NCBI RefSeq assembly: GCF_004010195.1
Contig: NC_057719.1
Location: forward strand, 27,353,872 to 27,417,871
Reading direction: 5' to 3'
DNA: 64,000 bases
DNA from: Chiloscyllium plagiosum
Lineage: Eukaryota
Shown: one piece after another, positions 37,958 through 51,097 of the stretch
Position numbering within the stretch: the first letter of the stretch is position 1
Layout of the letters: every line of letters begins with the position of its first letter
Notes under the pieces: model-generated
The model's database searches: none
Told to the model about the DNA's origin: nothing
What the model saw: the letters and a program-made list of their open reading frames with translations, nothing else
Position numbers and translations under genes: made by a program

Positions 37958-38428
37958 CCATAGGACCAGAGAAATGATACAGTACAAAAGAGGGCCATTG
38001 AGTCCATCTTGTCCATACCGACCCAAAGACACCCAGATGCTCTTTCCAAGCCTATCTTCCTGCACATGGCCCATAACCCTGCAGCTTACAGCACCAAAGA
38101 TGCAAATTCAGTTAATTTTTTAAAAAACATTTAGGGTCTCTATGTCCACCACCAACTCAGGCAGTGAAATACAGATACCCACTATCCTCTGTGTAAAATA
38201 GTTTTTCCTCAATATCTCCTGTGATCCTTCTGCCACTTAAATTGAATCTATGACCCATGGCTTTTGAACTTTCTGCCAAGGGGAAAAGTTCTTCCTCTCT
38301 ACTCTACCTCTATCCCTCACAGTTCTGTATACCTCAATCATGTCACCCTTCAGCTTTCTCAATTCCAAGTAAAACAACCCCAGCAGCTGCAGTCTCCCCT
38401 CGTGACCACAATTCTCCAGCCCTGGCAA
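37958..38428 (-). mobile_element. CR1 3' fragment
   Basis: LGLFYLELRKLKGDMIEVY. Confidence 0.85.
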
Positions 38429-41400
38429 CTTAACTTGAATTTTTCAAACTATCTGATAACTGAATCGAAGGATTCTGGAGAATCCAAGTTGAAGGATGGG
38501 AAAAACTTCTGGCTGTAACAGTCTGCTTCTTTTTTGAGGTATTTTAGGTGCTGGAGGTGATTTCCTCGAATTCCAGGAGCAGCAATTACTGTTTTATATG
38601 ATGTTGCATTGTTTTGGAACTCTGAAAAAAAGTCAAAACAATAGCACTTTCAATAGGGTGAAAAACAGGCAAAGGCAGCACATGGTCTGTATGGGAGAGA
38701 GAGAAAGAAACCCACATTGCTAACTGACAAAGCCATGAATCTGCGCAGTTACTGCCTTTGCTGTTTGAATTCATTTATTGCTGGACATCGAGTGCATCTA
38801 GGAAAACTTAACAAACAGCTAAATTCACAACTGATCTTGGAAGAACCTGTTTGGGAGAGGTCACAGCACAGAAACAGATAAGTAAGTGGCTTTAAGTATA
38901 GCCTTGCTGTATATCTACAATAGTGAGTAGAGTGGGTTCTTTCTTGATTATATGTTTTTATTGGGATCTGTCTCTTGATTAAATTTTTAAAATATAAGCC
39001 ATAAGTATTAAGTTAGCCCAGAGAAATGTTTGTAGAGCAATAAGACGGTGCTATTTTCTGGGAAAGAGCAAAATAGCCTTTAGTGGAGTGATATGCTCTT
39101 CTTGTTTAAGGGTTACTGAGGATTATATCTGCAATAAATGTCATTGGCTGCAAATCCTATCATACTGAATGGATTGGTTAGAGCAACAGTTGGAGGCAAT
39201 GAGGAATTTATAAGAGCAAGGGGGTGTGATGGATAGCAGTTATAGGAAGGGAGAAAAGTCACAGATCCAATCACATAGATGGGTTAACTCCAGGAAAAGT
39301 AGGAGAGGTACACAGGTAGTACAGGAGTCTTCTGTGGCAATCCCCATTTCAAACAAGAATGCTTTTTGGAAAATATAGGGGGTGATCAACTTTCAGGGGA
39401 ATGTAGCATGATCAGCCAAATTTCTGGTATCAAGACTGGCTGTAATGTAATGAAGGGTATGCCGGGTTCCAGGTGATCAGTTGTGATAGGGGACTCTCTA
39501 GTCAGGACATAGACAGATGTTTCTGCGGCCAGTACCAAAAAGTCAGAATGGTGTGTTGCCTCCCTGGTGCCAGGATCAAGGAATGTCTCAGAGAGGGTGC
39601 AGAATGTTCTCAAAGGGGAGAGGGCACAGCAGGAGATCATTGCATACATTGGTACAAATAACATAGTAAGGGAAAAGGATGAGATTCTGAAGAAAGAATA
39701 TAGAAGGAGATCTTCGAGAGTAGTAATATCTGGATTACTCCTGGTGTTACGAGCTAGTGCGGGCAGGAAGAGGAGGATAGAGCAGATGAATGCGTGGCTG
39801 AGGAGCTGGTGTCTGGGAGAAGGATTCAAATTTTTGGATCATTGGAATCTCTTCTGGGGTAGAAGTGACCTGTAGAAGAAGGATTGATTGCACCTAAATT
39901 GGAAGATTTAAACTAGTAACGTTGGGGGGGGGGCGGAACCAGGGAGATAGTGAGGAAAGAGATCAATCTGTGACCGGTACAGTTGAGAAAAGAAGTGAGT
40001 CAAACAGGCAGGGCAGACAGGGACAAAGCAGAGAGCAAAGTAGGACTGATACATTAAACTGCATTTATTTCAATGCAAGAGGCCGAACAGGGAAGGCAGA
40101 TGAACTCAGCTCATGGTTAGGAACATGGGACTGGGATATCATAGCAATTACAGAAATGTGACTGGGGCACTGGCAGCTTAATGTTTCAGAATACATATGC
40201 TACAGGAAGGATAGAAAGGGAGGCAAGAGAGGAGGGGGAGTGGCATTTTTGATAAGGGATAGCATTACAGCTGTACTTGGGGAGGATATTCCTAGATATG
40301 CATCCAGGGAAGTTATTTGGGTGGAACTGAGAAATAAGAAAGGGATGATCACCTTATTGGGATTGTATTATAGACCCCCTGATAGTCAGCGGGAAATTGA
40401 GAAACAAATTTGTAAGGAGATTTCAGTTATCTGTAAGAATATTAGGGTGGTTATGGCAGGGAATTCTAACTTTCCAAACATAGACTGGGAGTGCCATAGT
40501 ATTAAGGGTTTAGATGGAGAGGAATTTGTTAAGAGTGTACAAGACAATTTTCTGATTCAGTATGTGGATGTACCTACTAGAGAAGGTGCAAAACTTGACC
40601 TACTCTTGGGAAATAAGGCAGGGCAGGTGACTGAGGTGTCAGTGGGGGAGCACTTTGGGACCAGTGACCATAATTCTATTAGTTTTAAAATAGTGATGAA
40701 AAAGGATAGACCAGATCTCACAGTTGAATTTCTATATTGGAGGAAGTCTAATTTTGATGGTATTAGGCAAAAACTTTCGAAAGCTGATTAGGTGTACATG
40801 TTCACAGGTAAAGGGACAGCTGAAAAATGGGAAGATTTCAGAAATGAGATAACGAGAATCCAAAGACAGTATATTCCTATCACGGTGAAAGGAAAAACTG
40901 GTAGGTATAGGGAATGCTAGATGACTAGAGGAATTGATGGTTTGGTTAAGGAAAAGAAGGAAGCATATGTCAGGTATAGATAGGTTAGATCGAGTGAATC
41001 CTTAGAACAGTATAAAGGCAGTAGGAAGGAAAGCAGGAGGGCAAAAAGGAGACATGAGATAGCTTTGGCAAATAGAGTTAAGGAGAATCAAATGGGTTTT
41101 TTACAGATACATTAAGGACAAAAGAGTAACTAGGGAGGGAATAGGGCCCCTCAAAGATCAGCAAGATAGCCTTTGTGTGGAGCCACAGGAGATGGAGGGA
41201 GATACTATTTGCATCAGTGTTTACTGTGAAAAAGGACATAAAAGATATAGAATGTAGGGAAATAGATGGTGACATCTTGAAAAATGTCCCTATTACAGAG
41301 GAGGAAGTGCTGGATGGCTTGAAATCCCCAGGATCTGATCAGGTGTACCCTAGAGCTTTGTGGGAAGCTAGGGAAGTGATTGCTGGGCCTCTTGCTGAGA

Positions 41401-42859
41401 TATTTGTATCATCGATAGTCACAGGTGAAGTGCTGGATGACTGGAGGTTGGCTAACGTGATACCATTATTTAAGAAAGATGGTAAGGACAAGCCAGGGAA
41501 CTATAGACCAGTGAGCCTGATGTCGGTGGTGGGCAAGTTGTTGGAGGGAATCCTGAGGGACAGGATTTACATGTATGTGGAAAGGCAAGGACTGATTAGG
41601 GATAGTCAACATGACTTTGTGTGTGGAAACTCATGCCTCACGAACTTGATTGAGTTTTTTGAAAAAGTAACAAAGAGGATTGATGAGGGCTGAATGGTGG
41701 ACATGATCTATATGGACTTCAGTAAGGCATTCGACAAGGTTCCCCATGGGCGACTGGTTCACAAGGTTAGATCTCATGGAATACAGGGAGAACTAGCCAT
41801 TTGGATACAGAACTGGCTCGAAGGTAGAAGACAGAGGGTAATGGTGTTGGTTGTTTTTCAGACTAGAGGCCTGTGACCAGTGGAGTGCCACAAGGTTCAG
41901 TGCTGGATCCACTAATTTTCATCATTTATATAAATGATTTAGATATGAACATAGGAGGTATAGTTAGTAAGTTTGCAGATGACACCAAAATTGGAGGTGT
42001 AGTGGACAGCGAAGAAGGTTACCTCAGATTACAACGGAATCTTCATCTGATGGGCCAATGGGCTGAGAAGTGGCAGCTGGAGTTTAATTTTGATAAATGT
42101 GAAGTGCTGCATTTTGGGAAAGCAAATCTTAGCAGGACTTGTACACTTAATGGTAAGGTCCTAGGGAGTGTTGCTGAACAAAGAGATCTTGGAGTGCAGG
42201 TTCATAGCTCCTTGAAAGTAGAGTCGCAGGAACATAGGATAGTGAAGAAGGCATTTGGTATGCTTTCCTTTATTGGTCAGAGTATTGAGTACAGGAGTTG
42301 GGAGGTCATGTTGCAGCTGAGCAGGATGTTGGTGAGACCATTTTTGGAATATTGTGTGCAATTCTGGTCTCTTTCCTATTGGAAAGATGTTGTGAAACTT
42401 AAAAGGGTTCAGAAAAGTTTTCCTGGAACGTCAGAGGCTGAGGGGTGACCTTATAGAGATTTATAAAATCATGAGGGGTATGGATAGGATAAATAGGAAG
42501 GGGAGGGAGGAGTCTGAGACGGTCCAGGTAAATTTGAGGACGGGGTGGAAGGTGTTGGTAAGGTGGATGAACTGTTCAACCTCCTCGTGGGAGCACAAGG
42601 TAGCAGTCATCGATGTAGTGGAGGAATAGGTGGGGGGTGGTGCCAGTGTAGGTGCGGAAGATGGACTGTTCCACACATCCTACGAAGAGGCAGGCATAGC
42701 TGGGCCCATGCGGGTGCCCATGGCTACTCCTTTGGTTTGGAAAGCGGCAGGCATAGCTGGGGCCCATGCGGGTGACCATGGCTACTCCTTTGGTTTGGAT
42801 GATCTTAGCCTGCTTGGCACACCTACCTTTTATGTTAGCCTGCTTGGCACACTCTCCTC

Positions 42860-42895
42860 ATTCCTGAAGAAGGGCTCATGCCTGAAACGTCGATT
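42860..42895 (+). ncRNA. Minimal hammerhead motif (G-U pair in stem II)
   Basis: ATTC-CTGAAGA-A-GGGC tcat GCCT-GAAA-CG-TC-GATT. Confidence 0.5.
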
Positions 42896-43031
42896 CTCCT
42901 GTTCCGCTCCCATCCCCACTCCAACCTATCACCCTCACCTGAACCTCCTTCCACTTATCGCATTTCCAACGCCCCTCCCCCAAGTCCCTCCTCCCTAGCT
43001 TTTATCTTAGCCTGCTTGGCACACTCTCCTC

Positions 43032-43067
43032 ATTCCTGAAGAAGGGCTCATGCCCGAAACGTCGATT
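43032..43067 (+). ncRNA. Minimal hammerhead motif
   Basis: ATTC-CTGAAGA-A-GGGC tcat GCCC-GAAA-CG-TC-GATT. Confidence 0.6.
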
Positions 43068-43864
43068 CTCCTGCCTCTTGGATGCTGCCTGACCTGCTGC
43101 GCTTTTCCAGCAACACATTTTCAGCTAGACAAAGTCTTTTCCCTGGGGTAGTGGAGTCCAGAACTAGACAGCATAGGTTTAGGGTGAGAGGGGAAATATA
43201 TAAAAGGGACCTGAGGGGCAACCTTTTCATGCAAAGGGTGGTACATGTACGGTATGAACTGCCAGAGGAAATGGTGGAGGCTGGTACTATTGCAACATGT
43301 AAAAGACACCTAGATGGGTATATGAATATTAAGAATTTGGAGGGATATGGGCCAAGTGCTGGCAAATAGGACTAGGTTAGTTTGGGATATCTGGTCAGCA
43401 TGGATGAATTGAGCCAAAGAGTCTGTTTCTGTGCTGCACATCTCTATGATTCTATGACTTTTTGATTTCTCCAAAGAATTATAATACACCCTGCCAACAC
43501 AATTATCTCTTTCCCACCCAGTTGTGGGCTTAAAACTATGGCTTTTAACATCAAGCATGTTAAAAGGTTTAAGGGACAGCAGTCATCCTCAATTTCCAGC
43601 ATGACTCACTGCTTGGGCTGTTAGCTACTGGCCTCAATTCTGTGCTTCCAATCTTTCCAGATCGCTCGATGTAACATGTTCACAATCTCCCAGTTGGCTG
43701 TACACAAAGACATAAGGCAGATCACTGAGATTTGTTTGCCAAGATCTGCAGCTTCACCAGTGATGATGCCAGTCAAAATGAATGGTCTGTTGGGTTTTAC
43801 GCTGAATGATCGCAGCATCTTCTGTGCCTGTGCCAAATGAACTCTACACTGTCTGTGCTGCAAA

Positions 43865-44810
43865 GTCATAGAGTCATACAGCACAGAAACAGACCCTTTG
43901 ATCCAAACAGTCCATGGTGCCCATAATCCCAAACGAAACTAGTCCCATCAGCCCGCACTTGGCCCATATTTCGCCAAACCTTCCCTATTCATGTACTTAT
44001 CCAAATATCTTTTAAATATTGTAACTGTACCCACATCCACCACTTTCTCTGGAAGTTCATTCCACACAATAACCACTCTCTGTGTAAAAAAATGTTACCT
44101 TTCATGTCTTCGTTAAACCATTCTCCACTCACCTTAAAAGTTATGCCCTCGTCTTGGAGTCTTCCACTTATGGAAAAGACACTTGTCATTCACCTTATCT
44201 ATTCCTCTCATGATTTTATAAACCTCTACAAGGTCACCCCTCAATCTCCTACGCTCCAGTGAAAAGGTGTCTCAGCCTATCCAGCCTCCCCCTATAACTC
44301 AAGCCTTCCATTCCCAGAGTCTAGATTAGAGTGGTGCTGGAAAAACACAGCAGGTCAGGTAGCATCTGAGGAGCAGGCCTGACCTGCTGTGATTTTCCAG
44401 CATCACTCTAATCTAGACTCTGGTTTCCAGCATCTGTAGTCCTTGTTTTTACCTTCCATTCCCAGCAACATCCTGGTAAATCTTTTCTGAACACAGAAAT
44501 CTTCTCAGCTCAATAATATCCTTCCTATTACAGGTCAACCAGAGTTGCACACAGTACTCCAGAAGAGGCCTCACCAACATTCTATACAACTTTAACATGA
44601 TGATCCACCTCCAATAGTGTGAGCAATGAAGACAAGCATGCTGAAAACCTTCTCAACCACCCTGTCTACATATGATGCAAATTTCAAAGAATCATGCACC
44701 TGAAACCCTAGGTCTCTCTGTTCTACAAAATGCAATACCTCGGATTTATCCAAATTAAATTCCATTTGCCGCTCCCTCAGCCTATTGACACAATTGATCA
44801 AATCTCTTTG
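43865..44810 (-). mobile_element. CR1 3' fragment
   Basis: QMEFNLDKSEVLHF, RDLGFQVH; tail GTCATAGAGTCATA on + strand. Confidence 0.9.
44318..44451. mobile_element. Miniature fold-back PLE pLTR element
   Basis: Inverted arms; 14-bp TSD CCTTCCATTCCCAG at 44304-44317 and 44452-44465. Confidence 0.85.
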
Positions 44811-44945
44811 CTTTCAGTACCAGTCAGGGAATGCCATTTCAAATGATCCAGTTCTGGTCACCATACCCTTGGACCAGAGGACAAAATATCAGAATAAAGG
44901 GGCACCACTTTAAGACTGAAATAAGGAGGAATCTCTTCTTTCAGA

Positions 44946-45284
44946 TTCATAGAGTCATAGAGATGTACAGCATGGAAACAGACCCTTCGGTCCAATCTGT
45001 CCATGCCGACCAGATATCCCAACCTAATCTAGTTCCACCTGCCAGCACTTGGCCCATATCCCTCCAAACCTTTTCTATTCATATACCCATCCAAATGCCT
45101 CTTAAATGTTGCAATTGTATCAGCCTCCACCACATCCTCTGGCAGCTCATTCCATACACGTACCACCCTCTGCATGAAGAAGTTGCCCCTTAGGTCTCTT
45201 TTATATCTTTCCCCTCTCACCCTAAACCTATGTCCTCCAGTTCTGGACTCCCCGATGCCAGGGAAAAGACTTTGTCTATTTATC
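44946..45284 (-). mobile_element. Young CR1 3' fragment inside an older + strand CR1 tail (~44820-45497)
   Basis: RDLRGNFFMQRVVRVWNELP; host resumes as TTCAGA|GGGTTGAGAG. Confidence 0.9.
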
Positions 45285-45524
45285 CAGAGGGTTGAGAGTC
45301 TTTGGAACTCCTTGCCATGGACAGGTGAAGGGGCAGAGTCCTCATGTATATTTAAGGCTGGGATAGATTTTTCATCAGTAGGGGAACCAAAGCAGACGTG
45401 AGCAATATTGGATCAGCCATGATCCTATTTAATGGCAGAGCAGGTTCAAGGGGCCAAATGGTTTACTTCTGTTCCTATTTCGTATGGTCTTACGGTTTAA
45501 GAACATAATTGCACCTGACTTGCT

Positions 45525-46197
45525 GCAGAAGAGGTTCACCAGGATATTGCCTGGTCTGGAGTGATTCGGCTATGAAGAGAGACTACAACAGAAATAGAAA
45601 TTGCTGGAAAATATCGGCAGGTCTGGCAGCATCTGTGGACAGAAATCCGAGTTAACGTTTTGGGTTCAATGACCCTACTTCAGAACTGTTTCCTCTTCAT
45701 GGATGCTGCCAGATTGTTGAGATTTTCCAGCAATTTCTGGTTTTGCTTCAGATTTCCAGTTCTTTCAGGTTTTGGTTTTATGACGGGAGACTATATAGGC
45801 TTGGGTGGCTTTCCTTGAAGCAGAGAAGGCTGAGGGACGATCTGAATAAAGTGTACAAAGTTCTGAGTGGTACAGAGAAGGGTTGATAGGGAGAAACGTT
45901 TCCCTTTAAGAGAGGTGTCAATAACCAAGAGGCAGAGTTCTACGCTAAGGAGAAGAAGGGTCACACTGAACTTGTGGGGAAAAAAAATCACCAAGAGTTC
46001 TCTGATACTTGGAAGACACTGCCACTTAAAAGAGTAGAGGAGGTGGGACCCTAAAGACAGTTAGGAAGTATTTAGGTGAACACGTAAAGTATCATAGCAT
46101 ACAAATGCTGGAAAATAGAATTAGAATAGATAAATGTTTGATGACCGCCATGGCCACAATGAACCATGCTGTAAAATCTCCATGGTTCTATGACTCT
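45525..46197 (+). mobile_element. Old CR1 3' fragment containing a fold-back PLE mini-element (45586-45778)
   Basis: QKRFTRILPGLE..RRLRDDL; TSD TATGA(A/C)G(A/G)GAGACTA around the insert. Confidence 0.8.
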
Positions 46198-48319
46198 AAG
46201 GCAGCTCCTATTACCTTTTCTAGGGCAAATATGAATAGGTAATAAATACCAGCTGATCTAGCAATTCCCACTATCTACACTTAAGAATGACTTGGATGCC
46301 AAGTGTTGATTTTTTTTTATATAGTTGAAGGTTGGCGTTTTGTGAACTTTACAAAAACTGGCTTAAAAGAGGAGGAAGTCAAAGGTAAATACAACTACCC
46401 CTGGTATCAACCCCAAATAGAGGGGATTAGATGACTATATGTGGATAACTATATGAAGAAAGATTGACCCTGCTATACCTGTCTCCGTTAGAGTTTAGAA
46501 AAATAAGAGGTAATCCTAATGAAACATCTAAGATTCTGAAGGGGCTTCACAGGGTGGATGCTGAAAAGAAGTCTCCCCTTGTGGGAGAAGGTAGAACTAT
46601 GGGCAAAGTTTAAAAATAAAGGAAACTAATAAAATGGAGCATTAAATAATCCAGTCATCTCACACTAAAGGGCAAATCTAATCTGTGAGGTGTGTAGATA
46701 GGTATAAAAAATATGAGTTATATTTTCAAACATTGACCTACCGTATAAACCCCTGAATTGATCAATATTTTCAAATACTGCACTCTCTCCAGCAAAACAG
46801 ATTCAGAGAATTTCCGTCCTTGAGCATCAAACATTCCTCCGGGACAACAGTAAAATAATGAAGTCTAGATTCTCCTTTGCTAACCAGTAGCTAAACTACT
46901 CTCAATGACCATGCTCTGCCTGTCAAATTCAAGACAAATTGTATTTGTGGGCATTATTTACCCTGGAAGTTAGGCCAGAGGAGAAAGCAATTGCATTAAT
47001 AGGTACTTATACCAAACCTCCCTTTTGAACTATGTGGCTTCTAATATTGCATTAAATACTCATAAGAAAGAATCAAATCATAAAGCTATTCTATTCAGAT
47101 TATGCATGGAATTGGATAATACTTGGAAAGGATAAAATAGTCAAGAGCACCAAGCATGGAGAGTATGGGACAAAAGCAAAAGAGCAGGTCTGGTAGCATC
47201 GGTGGGTAGAAAGCAAAGTCACTGTTTCGAGTCCAGTGACCCTTCTTTAAAATAGGATGTGGAGTTGTACAAGTTCAACCAGCAGTGTACATTAGCTGAA
47301 AACTCATTTTTAATGACAATCAGTACCAATAATGTGCACTTAAATTCAAAACTAATTAATTGTAAAAAAAGTTATTGTCATAGCCTGTATATGGCTGTAT
47401 AATCTTGACTGTATAAGTTCCATTTATATTAGACATTGGAATTCTAAGCATAGATCATTCATTATTTATAGCAATTGCTTCAATAGCAGCTGATTAGAAT
47501 CTTGCAAAGCATTAATTTGTGAACGGCTGTTATCGCTATACATTGCTTAATTTAACTAATTCTAATTACCAGTGCATTCATAACCAGTTAATTAATATAA
47601 TCCTAGAAAACATCACCACAAATTGCCTACTGTGTACCATTGTACTGGAGAATACCTTCAATGTGTGAATTGTTGAAATCAAGCCTCCCACTATATGACA
47701 GGGCTGTAATTATAAACTGGCGGCAATCCAAACTCAAACAGCTGGTGGTTTAATTTTTTTCCTGTTGAATTTAAAATGTTTTCAAAGATCCACCTTTAGT
47801 CACTGAATATATTCAAGAAAGTGATAGATACATCTTTAGTTGTTGAGGGGGTATGGGTAGAAAGCATGAATATGGCATCGAGAAAGATCAGTCATGATCA
47901 TATTGAATGGCTCAGCAGGCTTAAAGGGCTGAATAGCTTACTCTTGCTCCTAGATTCTGTGTTTCAATGTTTTCAAACATTGGGAGTACTGGCTGATTTG
48001 CACAATGTTTGCTTTACTTTATAATTCAGGATGTCAGGGTTTAAAAATGACATGTACCCTTATTACAGATTGCAAGATAAAGGGGCAGTTATAGACTCTT
48101 GGAATCATAGAGACAAACAGCGCAGAAACACACCCTCAGTAACTAGTCCGTACATAATCCCAAACTAAACAAGTCCCTGCCTGATCCTTACCCATATCCA
48201 TCCAATCTTATCCTTCATTAATGAAATGAGAGTTTATCTTTTCCATTGCATCAGTCGTGGTTCTATGGTAACAATATGTTTGGATTTAAAGCTAGTGACA
48301 TTTTGGTGTTGGCTTCCTT

Positions 48320-49119
48320 TGTGATGAGTTAAAAAGTTACTCCTTTCCGGAACAGTGACCTAAACCATTATGTATCAGCGAGCAAATGACTGCAGATCCT
48401 ATGGAGTGTTAATGGAAGACTGTTTCTAATGTGGGGTTTATGGCGGCACAAGTAAACATTGGAAGCTATGAACTTACCTTTGCTTTAGAATAATCAAAAA
48501 TTGATCTTAACTTCGAAAACCCAGAGATTGAAAGGTTTTCAGACAGCTTTGAAGGAGACCTAACCAGGGTTAGAAGTAAATGGAGTTTCTCTCCTAGAAA
48601 GGAATATGGGATGGTTCAGGGAAAGATCAGTTTCCTTGATGTTAGAAGTTTCACTTGCAAAATGTTTAGCCAAGGAATATTTGGTTAGAATTTGCAGATT
48701 ATTAAACATTCAGAAAGACTAAGCTTTCAGCTTTGTGAATATTCATGTATGAAGACTTCACAGTTCTCAGGATTGAACTGGAAGAAGCAACTTAGTCAAA
48801 TCTAAAGACTTGATACAGAAGGATAATCACTCTGTATTCTGCGAAATGATGGTTTCGGGAAATGGATATGTCTTTGTTTTTCTGTGTGGTTAAGCCCTAT
48901 CAAACATTTTTCTACCCTAGACAGTTTGTCTGGTTTAATTTTATTTTTCTCTTATTACATTTCTATTTTATTGTTAAAGGAAGCCTGCAGCCTTCTGTAC
49001 AAATGCTGCAGCAAATGACCGCTGGTTTAAATTTTAGAAAAGGATATATCATCCTTCAAACTTGATTTTTGTTGTGGGATCTGACTGGTCCAGTAGTAAT
49101 ATCAACTGGGATCATAATG
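48320..49119 (+). mobile_element. Probable solo LTR
   Basis: TGTGATGA start; ..GGGATCATAATG end resembles the end of 33580-34181; no TSD confirmed. Confidence 0.45.
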
Positions 49120-49123
49120 AATA

Positions 49124-50048
49124 CCATTTATACTCGTGTAAACGTCAATCTCTTGTAAAAGTCAACCCCTTATTTTTGGCCAAAAAGTCTTATATTTTCT
49201 ATTTATCTCATGTAAACGTCAGCCCTACTATATTGCAATGTAAACCTCTTACAAAGGAAACTGCAAGTTCCCATTAACCCATTTAAACTAAATCACATTC
49301 ATTCATTCATGCCAGTAACTCCAGTCATCACTCTTTGTTTACTATATTGTATCTCTATTCATTCATTCATTCATTCATAACTCTACTTAGCCCACTTGGT
49401 TTACTACAGCACGTTTTGATTCATGCATTCATTCAGACTCAGTACTGATTGCACTTTGTTCACTATACATCCAAAAGTTAATATCGTTAAGAAGTTATTC
49501 ATTTTAATTTGGCCATTAAGTCTGAATAAAAGTGAGATATATTAGCTACATATATCTTTCATTCGTTGACAGGTTTGTTAATGTTGCTGAAATTCATTAC
49601 ATATGAGAGTAAATGGTAGGGAAATGGAAGAATTTGGCAGGAAAGCTCACGGATGGTTACACATTCAGAATTGAATAAATGTTTCATTTTAAGTGTGCCA
49701 TTATACCAGGCCATGACGATGTTGAACAATGTGACTTTGCAGGATTTAAATGATTCTTTGACATGTTAAATTTTCATACTGATATGTATAAATAAAATTT
49801 ACGACCAGTAATTCATTCTTGTATCTCTTGCTTTTATCGGGTAACTACCTTTACCGTGATTCCTTGTGTTTTTCATCTTTACCAGGGATTAGTTGGGAGT
49901 TCAAATCGACTTCTTCTAATAATACGCTATTTCAAACTGCAGCATGAATTCCAGCCCCTCAAAATCAGTGCTCATGTATTAGTCGACCCTATAAATTGAA
50001 CCTTTAAAAATGGTCTAAAGAATTCAGCTTTTACACGACTATATACGG
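49124..50048. mobile_element. Non-autonomous Tc1/mariner-superfamily (Tc2/pogo-type) DNA transposon
   Basis: TIRs CCATTTATACTCGTGTAAACGT / GCTTTTACACGACTATATACGG (17/22 inverted); TA on both sides; subterminal repeats of a TGTAAA.GTC-like motif. Confidence 0.8.
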
Positions 50049-50084
50049 TACATAAATTTAGGCTCCCACTGCAATGCTGGTACT

Positions 50085-50623
50085 GGATTGTGTTCAAAAC
50101 TGTCTCCTTCCTATCAGAAGGATGTTGTGAAACTTGAGAGGGTTCAGAAAAGATTTACAAAGGATGTTGCCAAGATGTTGGAGGGTTTGAATTATAGGGA
50201 GAGGCTGAATAGGCTGGGGCTCTTTTCTCTTGAGTGTCAGAGGCTGAGGGGTGACCTCATAGAGGTTTATAAAATCATGAGGAGCATGGATAGGGTAAAT
50301 AGACAAGATCTTTTCCCTGGGGTGGAGGAGTCCAGAATTAGAGGGCATAGATTTAGGATGAGAGGGGAAAGATTTAAAAGAGATCTAAGATGCAAAGTTT
50401 TCACAAAGAGGATGGTGCGTGCATGGAATGAGCTGCCAGAAGAAGTGGTGGACGCTGGTAAAATTACAACATTTAAAAGGCATCTGAATGGGTATATGAA
50501 TAGGAAGGGTTTAGAGGGTTTTGGGCCAAGTGCTGGGAAATGGGACTAGATTAACTTAGGATATCTGGTCGGCATGATAGGTTGGTCTGTTCCTGTGCTG
50601 TACATCTCTATGACGCTATGATT
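50085..50623 (+). mobile_element. CR1 3' fragment
   Basis: ORF 50088-50549 LERVQKRFT..RLRGDLIEVYKI; CTATGA tail. Confidence 0.93.
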
Positions 50624-50915
50624 GTAAGTACAGTTTTCATTTGAGATCTTAAAAATGACTCTAACTACTTCTCAGGTAAATGTAAGAATTCGAGAAATTC
50701 TGGTATTCTGAATTACATTTAGTCCCAGCCAATACTAAAACAAATTGGTCATTTATTTTGTTGTTGGTTGTACAGTCTGGGAGCTTAATTTTGGGCAATA
50801 TTTGAGATCAAGGTTCAAATCTTTTACTTTCGACAAAGTATTCAGTTCCATATTCAATTATTATATCTTTATGTTGTATTCGCCTGTCAATCGTTTCTGA
50901 TACTTCAGTAATGAG

Positions 50916-51097
50916 TAAGTAAAAACCAAAATAACTGAGGATGCTGTAAATCAGAAACAAAAACAGAAGTTGCTGGAAAAGCTCAGCAGGTCTGACAGCA
51001 CCTGAGGACGGGTCACAGGACCTTAAACATTAAATCTGATTTCTCTTCACAGGTGATGACAGACCTGCTGAACTTTTGCAGCAACTTCTGTTTTTAA
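50916..51097. mobile_element. Miniature fold-back PLE pLTR element
   Basis: Inverted arms, decayed CTGAGGA hammerhead; TSD TTCAGT(A/C)ATGAG. Confidence 0.8.

Larger units (their letters stand above)
42497..43125. mobile_element. PLE insertion in CR1: inverted RT fragment (-) plus duplicated pLTR (+)
   Basis: MGPSYACLFVG..FLHYIDD on - strand; the CR1 resumes as AAATAG|ACAAAG across the insert. Confidence 0.88.
38500..43459 (+). mobile_element. Near full-length pseudogenised CR1 LINE: 5' UTR, ORF1 (zinc finger/leucine zipper plus SGNH esterase), ORF2 (APE plus RT)
   Basis: CSSC..YICNKC..LEQQL (~39070-39200); VIGDSLVR (~39482); CLPGARI; IGTNN; CIYFNARG; YYRPP; SDHNSI; PQGSVL; FADDTK; tail TCTATGATTCTATGACT. 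5' boundary approximate. Confidence 0.92.
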
